Positions 15,001-30,000 of a DNA stretch of 64,000 nt are shown here, piece after piece. Where the stretch lies: the NCBI GenBank assembly GCA_964016885.1, contig CAXHJY010000488.1, forward strand, positions 53,001 through 117,000. Reading direction: 5' to 3'. Position numbers and translations under genes: made by a program. The stretch comes from Eledone cirrhosa (taxonomy: Eukaryota). Positions within the stretch are counted from its first letter, which is position 1; each line of letters starts with the position of its first letter. Under the pieces are notes generated by a model. The model was not told the origin of the DNA and ran no database searches. It saw nothing but the letters and a program-made list of their open reading frames with translations.

Positions 15001-18000
15001 CATCTTTGATATGGCAGTCATGTTTGATATGGAAGTCATCTTTGATATGGCAGTCATCTTTGATATGGCAGTCATGTTTGATATGGCAGTCATGTTTGAT
15101 ATGGCAGTCATGTTTGATATGGCAGTCGTGTTTGATATGGCAGTCAACTTTGATATGGCAGTCATGTTTGATATGGCAGTCATGTTTGATATGGCAGTCA
15201 TGTTTGATATGGCAGTCATGTTTGATATGGCAGTTATGTTTGATATGGAAGTCATCTTTGATATGGCAGTCATCTTTGATATGGCAGTCATCTTTGATAT
15301 GGCAGTCATGTTTGATATGGCAGTCATCTTTGATATGGCAGTCATGTTTGATATGGAAGTCATCTTTGATATGGCAGTCATCTTTGATATGGAAGTCATG
15401 TTTGATATGGCAGTCATCTTTGATATGGCAGTCATGTTTGATATGGCAGTCATGTTTGATATGGCAGTCATGTTTGATATGGCAGTCATGTTTGATATGG
15501 CAGTCGTGTTTGATATGGCAGTCATCTTTGATATGGCAGTCATGTTTGATATGGCAGTCATGTTTGATATGGCAGTCATGTTTGATATGGCAGTCATGTT
15601 TGATATGGCAGTCATCTTTGATATGGCAGTCATGTTTGATATGGCAGTCATCTTTGATATGGCAGTCATCTTTGATATGGAAGTCATCTTTCATATGGCA
15701 GTCATGTTTGATATGGCAGTCATGTTTGATATGGCAGTCATCTTTTATATGGCAGTCATGTTTGATATGGAAGTCATGTTTGATATGGTAGTCATCTTTG
15801 ATATGGCAGTCATGTCTGATATGGAAGTCATCTTTGATATGGCAGTCATATTTGATATGGCAGTCATCTTTGATATGGCAGTCATGTTTGATATGGCAGT
15901 CATCTTTGATATGGCAGTCATGTTTGATATGGCAGTCATCTTTGATATGGCAGTCATGTTTGATATGGCAGTTATGTTTGATATGGCAGTCATGTTTGAT
16001 ATGGAAGTCATCTTTGATATGGCAGTCATCTTTGATATGGAAGTCATGTTTGATATGGCAGTCATGTTTGATATGGCAGTCATGTTTGATATGGCAGTCA
16101 TGTTTGATATGGCAGTCATGTTTGATATGGCAGTCATGTTTGATATGGCAGTCATGTTTGATATGGAAGTCATCTTTGATATGGCAGTCATATTTAATAT
16201 GGAAGTCATGTTTGATATGGCAGTCATGTTTGATATGGCAGTCATCTTGATATGGCAGTCATGTTTGATATGGCAGTCATGTTTGATATGGCAGTCATGT
16301 TTGATATGGCAGTCATGTTTGATATGGCAGTCATGTTTGATATGGCAGTCATCTTTGATATGGCAGTCATCTTTGATATGGAAGTCATGTTTGATATGGC
16401 AGTCCTGTTTGATATGGAAGTCATGTTTGATATGGCAGTCATGTTTGATATGGCAGTCATGTTTGATATGGCAGTCATGTTTGATATGGCAGTCATGTTT
16501 GATATGGCAGTCATCTTTGATATGGAAGTCATCTTTCATATGGCAGTCATGTTTGATATGGCAGTCATGTTTGATATGGCAGTCATCTTTTATATGGCAG
16601 TCATGTTTGATATGGAAGTCATGTTTGATATGGTAGTCATCTTTGATATGGCAGTCATGTCTGATATGGAAGTCATCTTTGATATGGCAGTCATATTTGA
16701 TATGGCAGTCATCTTTGATATGGCAGTCATGTTTGATATGGCAGTCATCTTTGATATGGCAGTCATGTTTGATATGGCAGTCATCTTTGATATGGCAGTC
16801 ATGTTTGATATGGCAGTTATGTTTGATATGGCAGTCATGTTTGATATGGAAGTCATCTTTGATATGGCAGTCATCTTTGATATGGAAGTCATGTTTGATA
16901 TGGCAGTCATGTTTGATATGGCAGTCATCTTTGATATGGCAGTCATGTTTGATATGGCAGTCATGTTTGATATGGCAGTCATGTTTGATATGGCAGTCAT
17001 CTTTGATATGGCAGTCATGTTTGATATGGCAGTCATCTTTGATATGGCAGTCATGTTTCATATGGCAGTCATCTTTGATATGGCAGTCATGTTTGATATG
17101 GCAGTCATCTTTGATATGGCAGTCATGTTTGATATGGCAGTCATCTTTGATATGGCAGTCATGTTTGATATGGAAGTCATCTTTGATATGGCAGTCATCT
17201 TTGATATGGAAGTTATGTTTGATATGGCAGTCATCTTTGATATGGCAGTCATGTTTGATATGGCAGTCATGTTTGATATGGCAGTCATGTTTGATATGGC
17301 AGTCATGTTTGATATGGCAGTCGTGTTTGATATGGCAGTCATCTTTGATATGGCAGTCATGTTTGATATGGCAGTCATGTCTGATATGGCAGTCATCTTT
17401 GATATGGCAGTCATGTTTGATATGGAATCATCTTTGATATGGCAGTCATCTTTGATATGGCAGTCATGTTTGATATGGCAGTCATGTTTGATATGGCAGT
17501 CATCTTTGATATGGCAGTCATCTTTGATATGGCAGTCATCTTTGATATGGAAGTCATCTTTCATATGGCTGTCATGTTTGATATGGCAGTCATGTTTGAT
17601 ATGGCAGTCATCTTTTATATGGCAGTCATGTTTGATATGGAAGTCATGTTTGATATGGCAGTCATCTTTGATATGGCAGTCATGTTTGATATGGAAGTCA
17701 TCTTTGATATGGCAGTCATGTTTGATATGGCAGTCATCTTTGATATGGCAGTCATCTTTGATATGGCAGTCATCTTTGATATGGCAGTCATGTTTGATAT
17801 GGCAGTCATCTTTGATATGGCAGTCATGTTTGATATGGCAGTCATCTTTGATATGGCAGTCATGTTTGATATGGCAGTCATCTTTGATATGGCAGTCATG
17901 TTTGATATGGCAGTCATGTTTGATATGGCAGTCATCTTTGATATGGCAGTCATGTTTGATATGGCAGTCATCTTTGATATGGCAGTCATGTTTGATATGG

Positions 18001-21000
18001 CAGTCATGTTAGATATGGCAGTCATGTTTGATATGGAAGTCATCTTTGATATGGCAGTCATATTTAATATGGAAGTCATGTTTGATATGGCAGTCATGTT
18101 TGATATGGCAGTCATCTTGATATGGCAGTCATGTTTGATATGGCAGTCATGTTTGATATGGCAGTCATGTTTGATATGGCAGTCATGTTTGATATGGCAG
18201 TCATCTTTGATATGGCAGTCATGTTTGATATGGCAGTCATCTTTGATATGGCAGTCATCTTTGATATGGCAGTCATCTTTGATATGGCAGTCATCTTTGA
18301 TATGGAAGTCATCTTTGATATGGCAGTCATGTTTGATATGGCAGTCATGTTTGATATGGCAGTCATCTTTGATATGGCAGTCATCTTTGATATGGAAGTC
18401 ATGTTTGATATGGCAGTCCTGTTTGATATGGAAGTCATCTTTGATTTGGCAGTCATGTTTGATATGGCAGTCATGTTTGATATGGCAGTCATGTTTGATA
18501 TGGCAGTCATCTTTGATATGGCAGTCATCTTTGATATGGAAGTCATCTTTCATATGGCAGTCATGTTTGATATGGCAGTCATGTTTGATATGGCAGTCAT
18601 CTTTTATATGGCAGTCATGTTTGATATGGAAGTCATGTTTGATATGGTAGTCATCTTTGATATGGCAGTCATGTCTGATATGGAAGTCATCTTTGATATG
18701 GCAGTCATATTTGATATGGCAGTCATCTTTGATATGGCAGTCATGTTTGATATGGCAGTCATCTTTGATATGGCAGTCATGTTTGATATGGCAGTCATCT
18801 TTGATATGGCAGTCATGTTTGATATGGCAGTTATGTTTGATATGGCAGTCATGTTTGATATGGAAGTCATCTTTGATATGGCAGTCATCTTTGATATGGA
18901 AGTCATGTTTGATATGGCAGTCATGTTTGATATGGCAGTCATCTTTGATATGGCAGTCATGTTTGATATGGCAGTCATGTTTGATATGGCAGTCATGTTT
19001 GATATGGCAGTCATCTTTGATATGGCAGTCATGTTTGATATGGCAGTCATCTTTGATATGGCAGTCATGTTTGATATGGCAGTCATCTTTGATATGGCAG
19101 TCATGTTTGATATGGCAGTCATCTTTGATATGGCAGTCATGTTTGATATGGCAGTCATCTTTGATATGGCAGTCATGTTTGATATGGAAGTCATCTTTGA
19201 TATGGCAGTCATCTTTGATATGGAAGTCATGTTTGATATGGCAGTCATCTTTGATATGGCAGTCATGTTTGATATGGCAGTCATGTTTGATATGGCAGTC
19301 ATGTTTGATATGGCAGTCATGTTTGATATGGCAGTCGTGTTTGATATGGCAGTCATCTTTGATATGGCAGTCATCTTTGATATGGCAGTCATGTTTGATA
19401 TGGCAGTCATGTCTGATATGGCAGTCATCTTTGATATGGCAGTCATGTTTGATATGGAATCATCTTTGATATGGCAGTCATGTTTGATATGGCAGTCATG
19501 TTTGATATGGCAGTCATGTTTGATATGGCAGTCATCTTTGATATGGCAGTCATCTTTGATATGGCAGTCATCTTTGATATGGAAGTCATCTTTCATATGG
19601 CTGTCATGTTTGATATGGCAGTCATGTTTGATATGGCAGTCATCTTTTATATGGCAGTCATGTTTGATATGGAAGTCATGTTTGATATGGCAGTCATCTT
19701 TGATATGGCAGTCATGTTTGATATGGAAGTCATCTTTGATATGGCAGTCATGTTTGATATGGCAGTCATCTTTGATATGGCAGTCATCTTTGATATGGCA
19801 GTCATCTTTGATATGGCAGTCATGTTTGATATGGCAGTCATCTTTGATATGGCAGTCATGTTTGATATGGCAGTCATCTTTGATATGGCAGTCATGTTTG
19901 ATATGGCAGTCATCTTTGATATGGCAGTCATGTTTGATATGGCAGTCATGTTTGATATGGCAGTCATGTTTGATATGGAAGTCATCTTTGATATGGCAGT
20001 CATCTTTGATATGGAAGTCATGTTTGATATGGCAGTCATGTTTGATATGGCGGTCATCTTGATATGGCAGTCATGTTTGATATGGCAGTCATGTTTGATA
20101 TGGCAGTCATGTTTGATATGGCAGTCATCTTTGATATGGCAGTCATGTTTGATATGGTAGTCATGTTTGATATGGCAGTCATGTTTGATATGGCAGTTAT
20201 GTTTGATATGGAAGTCATCTTTGATATGGCAGACATCTTTGATATGGCAGTCTTGTTTGATATGGCAGTCATGTTTGATATGGCAGTCATCTTTGATATG
20301 GCAGTCATCTTTGATATGGAAGTCATGTTTGATATGGCAGTCATGTTTGATATGGCAGTCATGTTTGATATGGCAGTCATCTTTGATATGGCAGTCATCT
20401 TTGATATGGCAGTCATCTTTGATATGGCAGTCATGTTTGATATGGCAGTCATCTTTGATATGGCAGTCATGTTTGATATGGCAGTCATCTTTGATATGGC
20501 AGTCATGTTTGATATGGCAGTCATCTTTGATATGGCAGTCATGTTTGATATGGCAGTCATGTTTGATATGGCAGTCATGTTTGATATGGAAGTCATCTTT
20601 GATATGGCAGTCATCTTTGATATGGAAGTCATCTTTCATATGGCTGTCATGTTTGATATGGCAGTCATGTTTGATATGGCAGTCATCTTTGATATGGCAG
20701 TCATGTTTGATATGGCAGTCATCTTTGATATGGCAGTCATGTTTGATATGGCGGTCATGTTTGATATGGCAGTCATGTTTGATATGGAAGTCATCTTTGA
20801 TATGGCAGTCATCTTTGATATGGAAGTCATCTTTCATATGGCTGTCATGTTTGATATGGCAGTTATGTTTGATATGGCAGTCATCTTTTATATGGCAGTC
20901 ATGTTTGATATGGAAGTCATGTTTGATATGGCAGTCATCTTTGATATGGCAGTCATGTTTGATATGGAAGTCATCTTTGATATGGCAGTCATGTTTGATA

Positions 21001-24000
21001 TGGCAGTCATCTTTGATATGGCAGTCATGTTTGATATGGCAGTCATCTTTGATATGGCAGTCATGTTTGATATGGCAGTCATCTTTGATATGGCAGTCAT
21101 GTTTGATATGGCAGTCATCTTTGATATGGCAGTCATGTTTGATATGGCAGTCATGTTTGATATGGCAGTCATGTTTGATATGGCAGTCATGTTTGATATG
21201 GCAGTCATGTTTGATATGGAAGTCATCTTTGATATGGCAGTCATATTTAATATGGAAGTCATGTTTGATATGGCAGACATCTTTGATATGGCAGTCTTGT
21301 TTGATATGGCAGTCATGTTTGATATGGCAGTCATGTTTGATATGGCAGTCATCTTTGATATGGCAGTCATCTTTGATATGGAAGTCATGTTTGATATGGC
21401 AGTCATGTTTGATATGGCAGTCATGTTTGATATGGCAGTCATCTTTGATATGGCAGTCATCTTTGATATGGAAGTCATGTTTGATGTGGCAGTCATGTTT
21501 GATATGGAAGTCTTCTTTGATATGGCAGTCATGTTTGATATGGCAGTCATGTTTGATATGGCAGTCATGTTTGATATGGAAGTCATCTTTGATATGGCAG
21601 TCATCTTTGATATGGCAGTCATCTTTGATATGGCAGTCATGTTTGATATGGCAGTCATGTTTGATATGGCAGTCATCTTTGATATGGCAGTCATCTTTGA
21701 TATAGCAGTCATGTTTGATATGGAAGTCATGTTTGATATGGCAGTCATGTTTGATATGGAAGTCATCTTTGATATGGCAGTCATCTTTGATATGGCAGTC
21801 ATGTTTCATATGGCAGTCATGTTTGATATGGCAGTCATGTTTGATATGGCAGTCATCTTTGATATGGCAGTCATCTTTGATATGGCAGTCATGTTTGATA
21901 TGGCAGTCATGTTTGATATGGAAGTCATGTTTGATATGGTAGTCATGTCTGATATGGCAGTCATCTTTGATATGGCAGTCATGTTTGATATGGCAGTCAT
22001 CTTTGATATGGCAGTCATGTTTGATATGGCAGTCATGTTTGATATGGAAGTCATCTTTGATATGGCAGTCATGTTTGATATCGAAGTCATCTTTGATATG
22101 GCAGTCATCTTTGATATGGCAGTCATGTTTCATATGGCAGTCATGTTTGATATGGCAGTCATGTTTGATATGGCAGTCGTGTTTGATATGGCAGTCATCT
22201 TTGATATGGCAGTCATCTTTGATATGGCAGTCATGTTTGATATGGCAGTCATGTTTGATATGGCAGTCATGTTTGATATGGCAGTTATGTTTGATATGGA
22301 AGTCATCTTTGATATGGCAGTCATCTTTGATATGGCAGTCTTGTTTGATATGGCAGTCATGTTTGATATGGCAGTCATCTTTGATATGGCAGTCATCTTT
22401 GATATGGCAGTCATCTTTGATATGGCAGTCATCTTTGATATGGCAGTCATGTTTGATCCGGAAGTCATGTTTGATATGGCAGTCATGTCTGATATGGCAG
22501 TCATCTTTGATATGGCAGTCATGTTTGATATGGAATCATCTTTGATATGGCAGTCATCTTTGATATGGCAGTCATGTTTGATATGGCAGTCATGTTTGAT
22601 ATGGCAGTCATCTTTGAATTGGCAGTTATCTTTGATATGGCAGTCATCTTTGATATGGAAGTCATCTTTCATATGGCAGTCATGTTTGATATGGCAGTCA
22701 TGTTTGATATGGCAGTCATCTTTTATATGGCAGTCATGTTTGATATGGAAGTCATGTTTGATATGGCAGTCATCTTTGATATGGCAGTCATATTTGATAT
22801 GGCAGTCATCTTTGATATGGCAGTCATGTTTGATATGGCAGTCATGTTTGATATGGCAGTCATGTTTGATATGGAAGTCATCTTTGATATGGCAGTCATC
22901 TTTCATATGGAAGTCATGTTTGATATGGCAGTCATGTTTGATATGGCAGTCATCTTTGATATGGCAGTCATGTTTGATATGGCAGTCATGTTTGATATGG
23001 CAGTCATGTTTGATATGGCAGTCATGTTTGATATGGCAGTCATGTTTGATATGGCAGTCATGTTTGATATGGCAGTCATGTTTGATATGGCAGTCATGTT
23101 TGATATGGCAGTTATGTTTGATATGGAAGTCATCTTTGATATGGCAGTCATCTTTGATATGGCAGTCTTGTTTGATATGGCAGTCATGTTTGATATGGCA
23201 GTCATCTTTGATATGGCAGTCATCTTTGATATGGCAGTCATCTTTGATATGGAAGTCATCTTTGATATGGCAGTCATGTTTGATATGGCAGTCATGTTTG
23301 ATATGGCAGTCATCTTTGATATGGAAGTCATCTTTGATATGGCAGTCATCTTTGATATGGCAGTCATCTTTGATATGGCAGTCTTGTTTGATATGGCAGT
23401 CATGTTTGATATGGCAGTCATCTTTGATATGGCAGTCATCTTTGATATGGCAGTCATCTTTGATATGGCAGTCATCTTTGATATGGCAGTCATGTTTGAT
23501 ACGGAAGTCATGTTTGATATGGCAGTCATGTCTGATATGGCAGTCATCTTTGATATGGCAGTCATGTTTGATATGGAATCATCTTTGATATGGCAGTCAT
23601 CTTTGATATGGCAGTCATGTTTGATATGGCAGTCATGTTTGATATGGCAGTCATCTTTGATATGGCAGTCATCTTTGATATGGCAGTCATCTTTGATATG
23701 GAAGTCATCTTTCATATGGCAGTCATGTTTGATATGGCAGTCATGTTTGATATGGCAGTCATCTTTTATATGGCAGTCATGTTTGATATGGAAGTCATGT
23801 TTGATATGGCAGTCATCTTTGATATGGCAGTCATGTTTGATATGGCAGTCATCTTTGATATGGCAGTCATGTTTGATATGGCAGTCATGTTTGATATGGC
23901 AGTCATGTTTGATATGGAAGTCATCTTTGATATGGCAGTCATCTTTGATATGGAATTCATGTTTGATATGGCAGTCATGTTTGATATGGCAGTCATGTTT

Positions 24001-27000
24001 GATATGGCAGTCATGTTTGATATGGCAGTCATGTTTGATATGGCAGTCATGTTTGATATGGCAGTCATGTTTGATATGGCAGTCATGTTTGATATGGCAG
24101 TCATGTTTGATATGGCAGTTATGTTTGATATGGAAGTCATCTTTGATATGGCAGTCATCTTTGATATGGCAGTCTTGTTTGATATGGCAGTCATGTTTGA
24201 TATGGCAGTCATCTTTGATATGGCAGTCATCTTTGATATGGCAGTCATCTTTGATATGGAAGTCATCTTTGATATGGCAGTCATGTTTGATATGGCAGTC
24301 ATCTTTGATATGGCAGTCATCTTTGATATGGAAGTCATGTTTGATATGGCAGTCATGTTTGATATGGAAGTCATCTTTGATATGGCAGTCATGTTTGATA
24401 TGGCAGTCATGTTTGATATGGCAGTCATGTTTGATATGGAAGTCATCTTTGATATGGCAGTCATCTTTGATATGGCAGTCATCTTTGATATGGCAGTCAT
24501 GTTTGATATGGCAGTCATGTTTGATATAGCAGTCATCTTTGATATGGCAGTCATCTTTGATATAGCAGTCATGTTTGATATGGAAGTCATGTTTGATATG
24601 GCAGTCATGTTTGATATGGAAGTCATCTTTGATATGGCAGTCATCTTTGATATGGCAGTCATGTTTGATATGGCAGTCATGTTTGATATGGCAGTCATGT
24701 TTGATATGGCAGTCATTTCTGATATGGCAGTCATCTTTGATATGGCAGTCATGTTTGATATGGCAGTCATGTTTGATATGGCAGTCATGTCTGATATGGC
24801 AGTCATCTTTGATATGGCAGTCATGTTTGATATGGCAGTCATCTTTGATATGGCAGTCATGTTTGATATGGCAGTCATGTTTGATATGGCAGTCATGTTT
24901 GATATGGCAGTCATCTTTGATATGGCAGTCATGTTTGATATGGCAGTCATGTTTGATATGGCAGTCATGTTTGATATGGAAGTCATCTTTGATATGGCAG
25001 TCATATTTAATATGGAAGTCATGTTTGATATGGCAGACATCTTTGATATGGCAGTCTTGTTTGATATGGCAGTCATGTTTGATATGGCAGTCATGTTTGA
25101 TATGGCAGTCATCTTTGATATGGCAGTCATCTTTGATATGGAAGTCATGTTTGATATGGCAGTCATGTTTGATATGGCAGTCATGTTTGATATGGCAGTC
25201 ATCTTTGATATGGCAGTCATCTTTGATATGGAAGTCATGTTTGATGTGGCAGTCATGTTTGATATGGAAGTCTTCTTTGATATGGCAGTCATGTTTGATA
25301 TGGCAGTCATGTTTGATATGGCAGTCATGTTTGATATGGAAGTCATCTTTGATATGGCAGTCATCTTTGATATGGCAGTCATCTTTGATATGGCAGTCAT
25401 GTTTGATATGGCAGTCATGTTTGATATGGCAGTCATGTTTGATATGGCAGTCATCTTTGATATAGCAGTCATGTTTGATATGGAAGTCATGTTTGATATG
25501 GCAGTCATGTTTGATATGGAAGTCATCTTTGATATGGCAGTCATCTTTGATATGGCAGTCATGTTTCATATGGCATTCATGTTTGATATGGCAGTCATGT
25601 TTGATATGGCAGTCATCTTTGATATGGCAGTCATCTTTGATATGGCAGTCATGTTTGATATGGCAGTCATGTTTGATATGGAAGTCATGTTTGATATGGT
25701 AGTCATGTCTGATATGGCAGTCATCTTTGATATGGCAGTCATGTTTGATATGGCCGTCATCTTTGATATGGCAGTCATGTTTGATATGGCAGTCATGTTT
25801 GATATGGAAGTCATCTTTGATATGGCAGTCATGTTTGATATGGAAGTCATCTTTGATATGGCAGTCATGTTTGATATGGCAGTCATGTTTGATATGGCAG
25901 TCATGTTTGATATGGCAGTCATGTTTGATATGGCAGTCGTGTTTGATATGGCAGTCATGTTTGATATGGCAGTCATGTTTGATATGGCAGTCATGTTTGA
26001 TATGGCAGTTATGTTTGATATGGAAGTCATCTTTGATATGGCAGTCATCTTTGATATGGCAGTCTTGTTTGATATGGCAGTCATGTTTGATATGGCAGTC
26101 ATCTTTGATATGGCAGTCATCTTTGATATGGCAGTCATCTTTGATATGGCAGTCATCTTTGATATGGCAGTCATGTTTGATCCGGAAGTCATGTTTGATA
26201 TGGCAGTCATGTCTGATATGGCAGTCATCTTTGATATGGCAGTCATGTTTGATATGGAATCATCTTTGATATGGCAGTCATCTTTGATATGGCAGTCATG
26301 TTTGATATGGCAGTCATGTTTGATATGGCAGTCATCTTTGAATTGGCAGTCATCTTTGATATGGCAGTCATCTTTGATATGGAAGTCATCTTTCATATGG
26401 CAGTCATGTTTGATATGGCAGTCATGTTTGATATGGCAGTCATCTTTTATATGGCAGTCGTGTTTGATATGGAAGTCATGTTTGATATGGCAGTCATCTT
26501 TGATATGGCAGTCATGTTTGATATGGAATCATCTTTGATATGGCAGTCATCTTTGATATGGCAGTCATGTTTGATATGGCAGTCATGTTTGATATGGCAG
26601 TCATCTTTGATATGGCAGTCATCTTTGATATGGCAGTCATCTTTGATATGGAAGTCATCTTTCATATGGCAGTCATGTTTGATATGGCAGTCATGTTTGA
26701 TATGGCAGTCATCTTTTATATGGCAGTCATGTTTGATATGGAAGTCATGTTTGATATGGCAGTCATCTTTGATATGGCAGTCATGTTTGATATGGCAGTC
26801 ATCTTTGATATGGCAGTCATGTTTGATATGGCAGTCATGTTTGATATGGCAGTCATGTTTGATATGGAAGTCATCTTTGATATGGCAGTCATCTTTGATA
26901 TGGAATTCATGTTTGATATGGCAGTCATGTTTGATATGGCAGTCATGTTTGATATGGCAGTCATGTTTGATATGGCAGTCATGTTTGATATGGCAGTCAT

Positions 27001-30000
27001 GTTTGATATGGCAGTCATGTTTGATATGGCAGTCATGTTTGATATGGCAGTCATGTTTGATATGGCAGTCATGTTTGATATGGCAGTTATGTTTGATATG
27101 GAAGTCATCTTTGATATGGCAGTCATCTTTGATATGGCAGTCTTGTTTGATATGGCAGTCATGTTTGATATGGCAGTCATCTTTGATATGGCAGTCATCT
27201 TTGATATGGCAGTCATCTTTGATATGGAAGTCATCTTTGATATGGCAGTCATGTTTGATATGGCAGTCATCTTTGATATGGCAGTCATCTTTGATATGGA
27301 AGTCATGTTTGATATGGCAGTCATGTTTGATATGGAAGTCATCTTTGATATGGCAGTCATGTTTGATATGGCAGTCATGTTTGATATGGCAGTCATGTTT
27401 GATATGGAAGACATCTTTGATATGGCAGTCATCTTTGATATGGCAGTCATCTTTGATATGGCAGTCACGTTTGATATGGCAGTCATGTTTGATATAGCAG
27501 TCATCTTTGATATGGCAGTCATCTTTGATATAGCAGTCATGTTTGATATGGAAGTCATGTTTGATATGGCAGTCATGTTTGATATGGAAGTCATCTTTGA
27601 TATGGCAGTCATCTTTGATATGGCAGTCATGTTTGATATGGCAGTCATGTTTGATATGGCAGTCATGTTTGATATGGCAGTCATCTTTGATATGGCAGTC
27701 ATGTTTGATATGGCAGTCATGTTTGATATGGCAGTCATGTTTGATATGGCAGTCATGTCTGATATGGCAGTCATCTTTGATATGGCAGTCATGTTTGATA
27801 TGGCAGTCATCTTTGATATGGCAGTCATGTTTGATATGGCAGTCATGTTTGATATGGCAGTCATGTTTGATATGGCAGTCATCTTTGATATGGCAGTCAT
27901 GTTTGATATGGCAGTCATGTTTGATATGGCAGTCATGTTTGATATGGCAGTTATGTTTGATATGGAAGTCATCTTTGATATGGCAGTCATCTTTGATATG
28001 GCAGTCTTGTTTGATATGGCAGTCATGTTTGATATGGCAGTCATCTTTGATATGGCAGTCATCTTTGATATGGCAGTCATCTTTGATATGGCAGTCATCT
28101 TTGATATGGCAGTCATGTTTGATCCGGAAGTCATGTTTGATATGGCAGTCATGTCTGATATGGCAGTCATCTTTGATATGGCAGTCATGTTTGATATGGA
28201 ATCATCTTTGATATGGCAGTCATCTTTGATATGGCAGTCATGTTTGATATGGCAGTCATGTTTGATATGGCAGTCATCTTTGAATTGGCAGTCATCTTTG
28301 ATATGGCAGTCATCTTTGATATGGAAGTCATCTTTCATATGGCAGTCATGTTTGATATGGCAGTCATGTTTGATATGGCAGTCATCTTTTATATGGCAGT
28401 CGTGTTTGATATGGAAGTCATGTTTGATATGGCAGTCATCTTTGATATGGCAGTCATGTTTGATATGGAATCATCTTTGATATGGCAGTCATCTTTGATA
28501 TGGCAGTCATGTTTGATATGGCAGTCATGTTTGATATGGCAGTCATCTTTGATATGGCAGTCATCTTTGATATGGCAGTCATCTTTGATATGGAAGTCAT
28601 CTTTCATATGGCAGTCATGTTTGATATGGCAGTCATGTTTGATATGGCAGTCATCTTTTATATGGCAGTCATGTTTGATATGGAAGTCATGTTTGATATG
28701 GCAGTCATCTTTGATATGGCAGTCATGTTTGATATGGCAGTCATCTTTGATATGGCAGTCATGTTTGATATGGCAGTCATGTTTGATATGGCAGTCATGT
28801 TTGATATGGAAGTCATCTTTGATATGGCAGTCATCTTTGATATGGAATTCATGTTTGATATGGCAGTCATGTTTGATATGGCAGTCATGTTTGATATGGC
28901 AGTCATGTTTGATATGGCAGTCATGTTTGATATGGCAGTCATGTTTGATATGGCAGTCATGTTTGATATGGCAGTCATGTTTGATATGGCAGTCATGTTT
29001 GATATGGCAGTCATGTTTGATATGGCAGTTATGTTTGATATGGAAGTCATCTTTGATATGGCAGTCATCTTTGATATGGCAGTCTTGTTTGATATGGCAG
29101 TCATGTTTGATATGGCAGTCATCTTTGATATGGCAGTCATCTTTGATATGGCAGTCATCTTTGATATGGAAGTCATCTTTGATATGGCAGTCATGTTTGA
29201 TATGGCAGTCATCTTTGATATGGCAGTCATCTTTGATATGGAAGTCATGTTTGATATGGCAGTCATGTTTGATATGGAAGTCATCTTTGATATGGCAGTC
29301 ATGTTTGATATGGCAGTCATGTTTGATATGGCAGTCATGTTTGATATGGAAGACATCTTTGATATGGCAGTCATCTTTGATATGGCAGTCATCTTTGATA
29401 TGGCAGTCACGTTTGATATGGCAGTCATGTTTGATATAGCAGTCATCTTTGATATGGCAGTCATCTTTGATATAGCAGTCATGTTTGATATGGAAGTCAT
29501 GTTTGATATGGCAGTCATGTTTGATATGGAAGTCATCTTTGATATGGCAGTCATCTTTGATATGGCAGTCATGTTTGATATGGCAGTCATGTTTGATATG
29601 GCAGTCATGTTTGATATGGCAGTCATCTTTGATATGGCAGTCATGTTTGATATGGCAGTCATGTTTGATATGGCAGTCATGTTTGATATGGCAGTCATGT
29701 CTGATATGGCAGTCATCTTTGATATGGCAGTCATGTTTGATATGGCAGTCATCTTTGATATGGCAGTCATGTTTGATATGGCAGTCATGTTTGATATGGC
29801 AGTCATGTTTGATATGGCAGTCATCTTTGATATGGCAGTCATGTTTGATATGGCAGTCATGTTTGATATGGCAGTCATGTTTGATATGGAAGTCATCTTT
29901 GATATGGCAGTCATATTTAATATGGAAGTCATGTTTGATATGGCAGACATCTTTGATATGGCAGTCTTGTTTGATATGGCAGTCATGTTTGATATGGCAG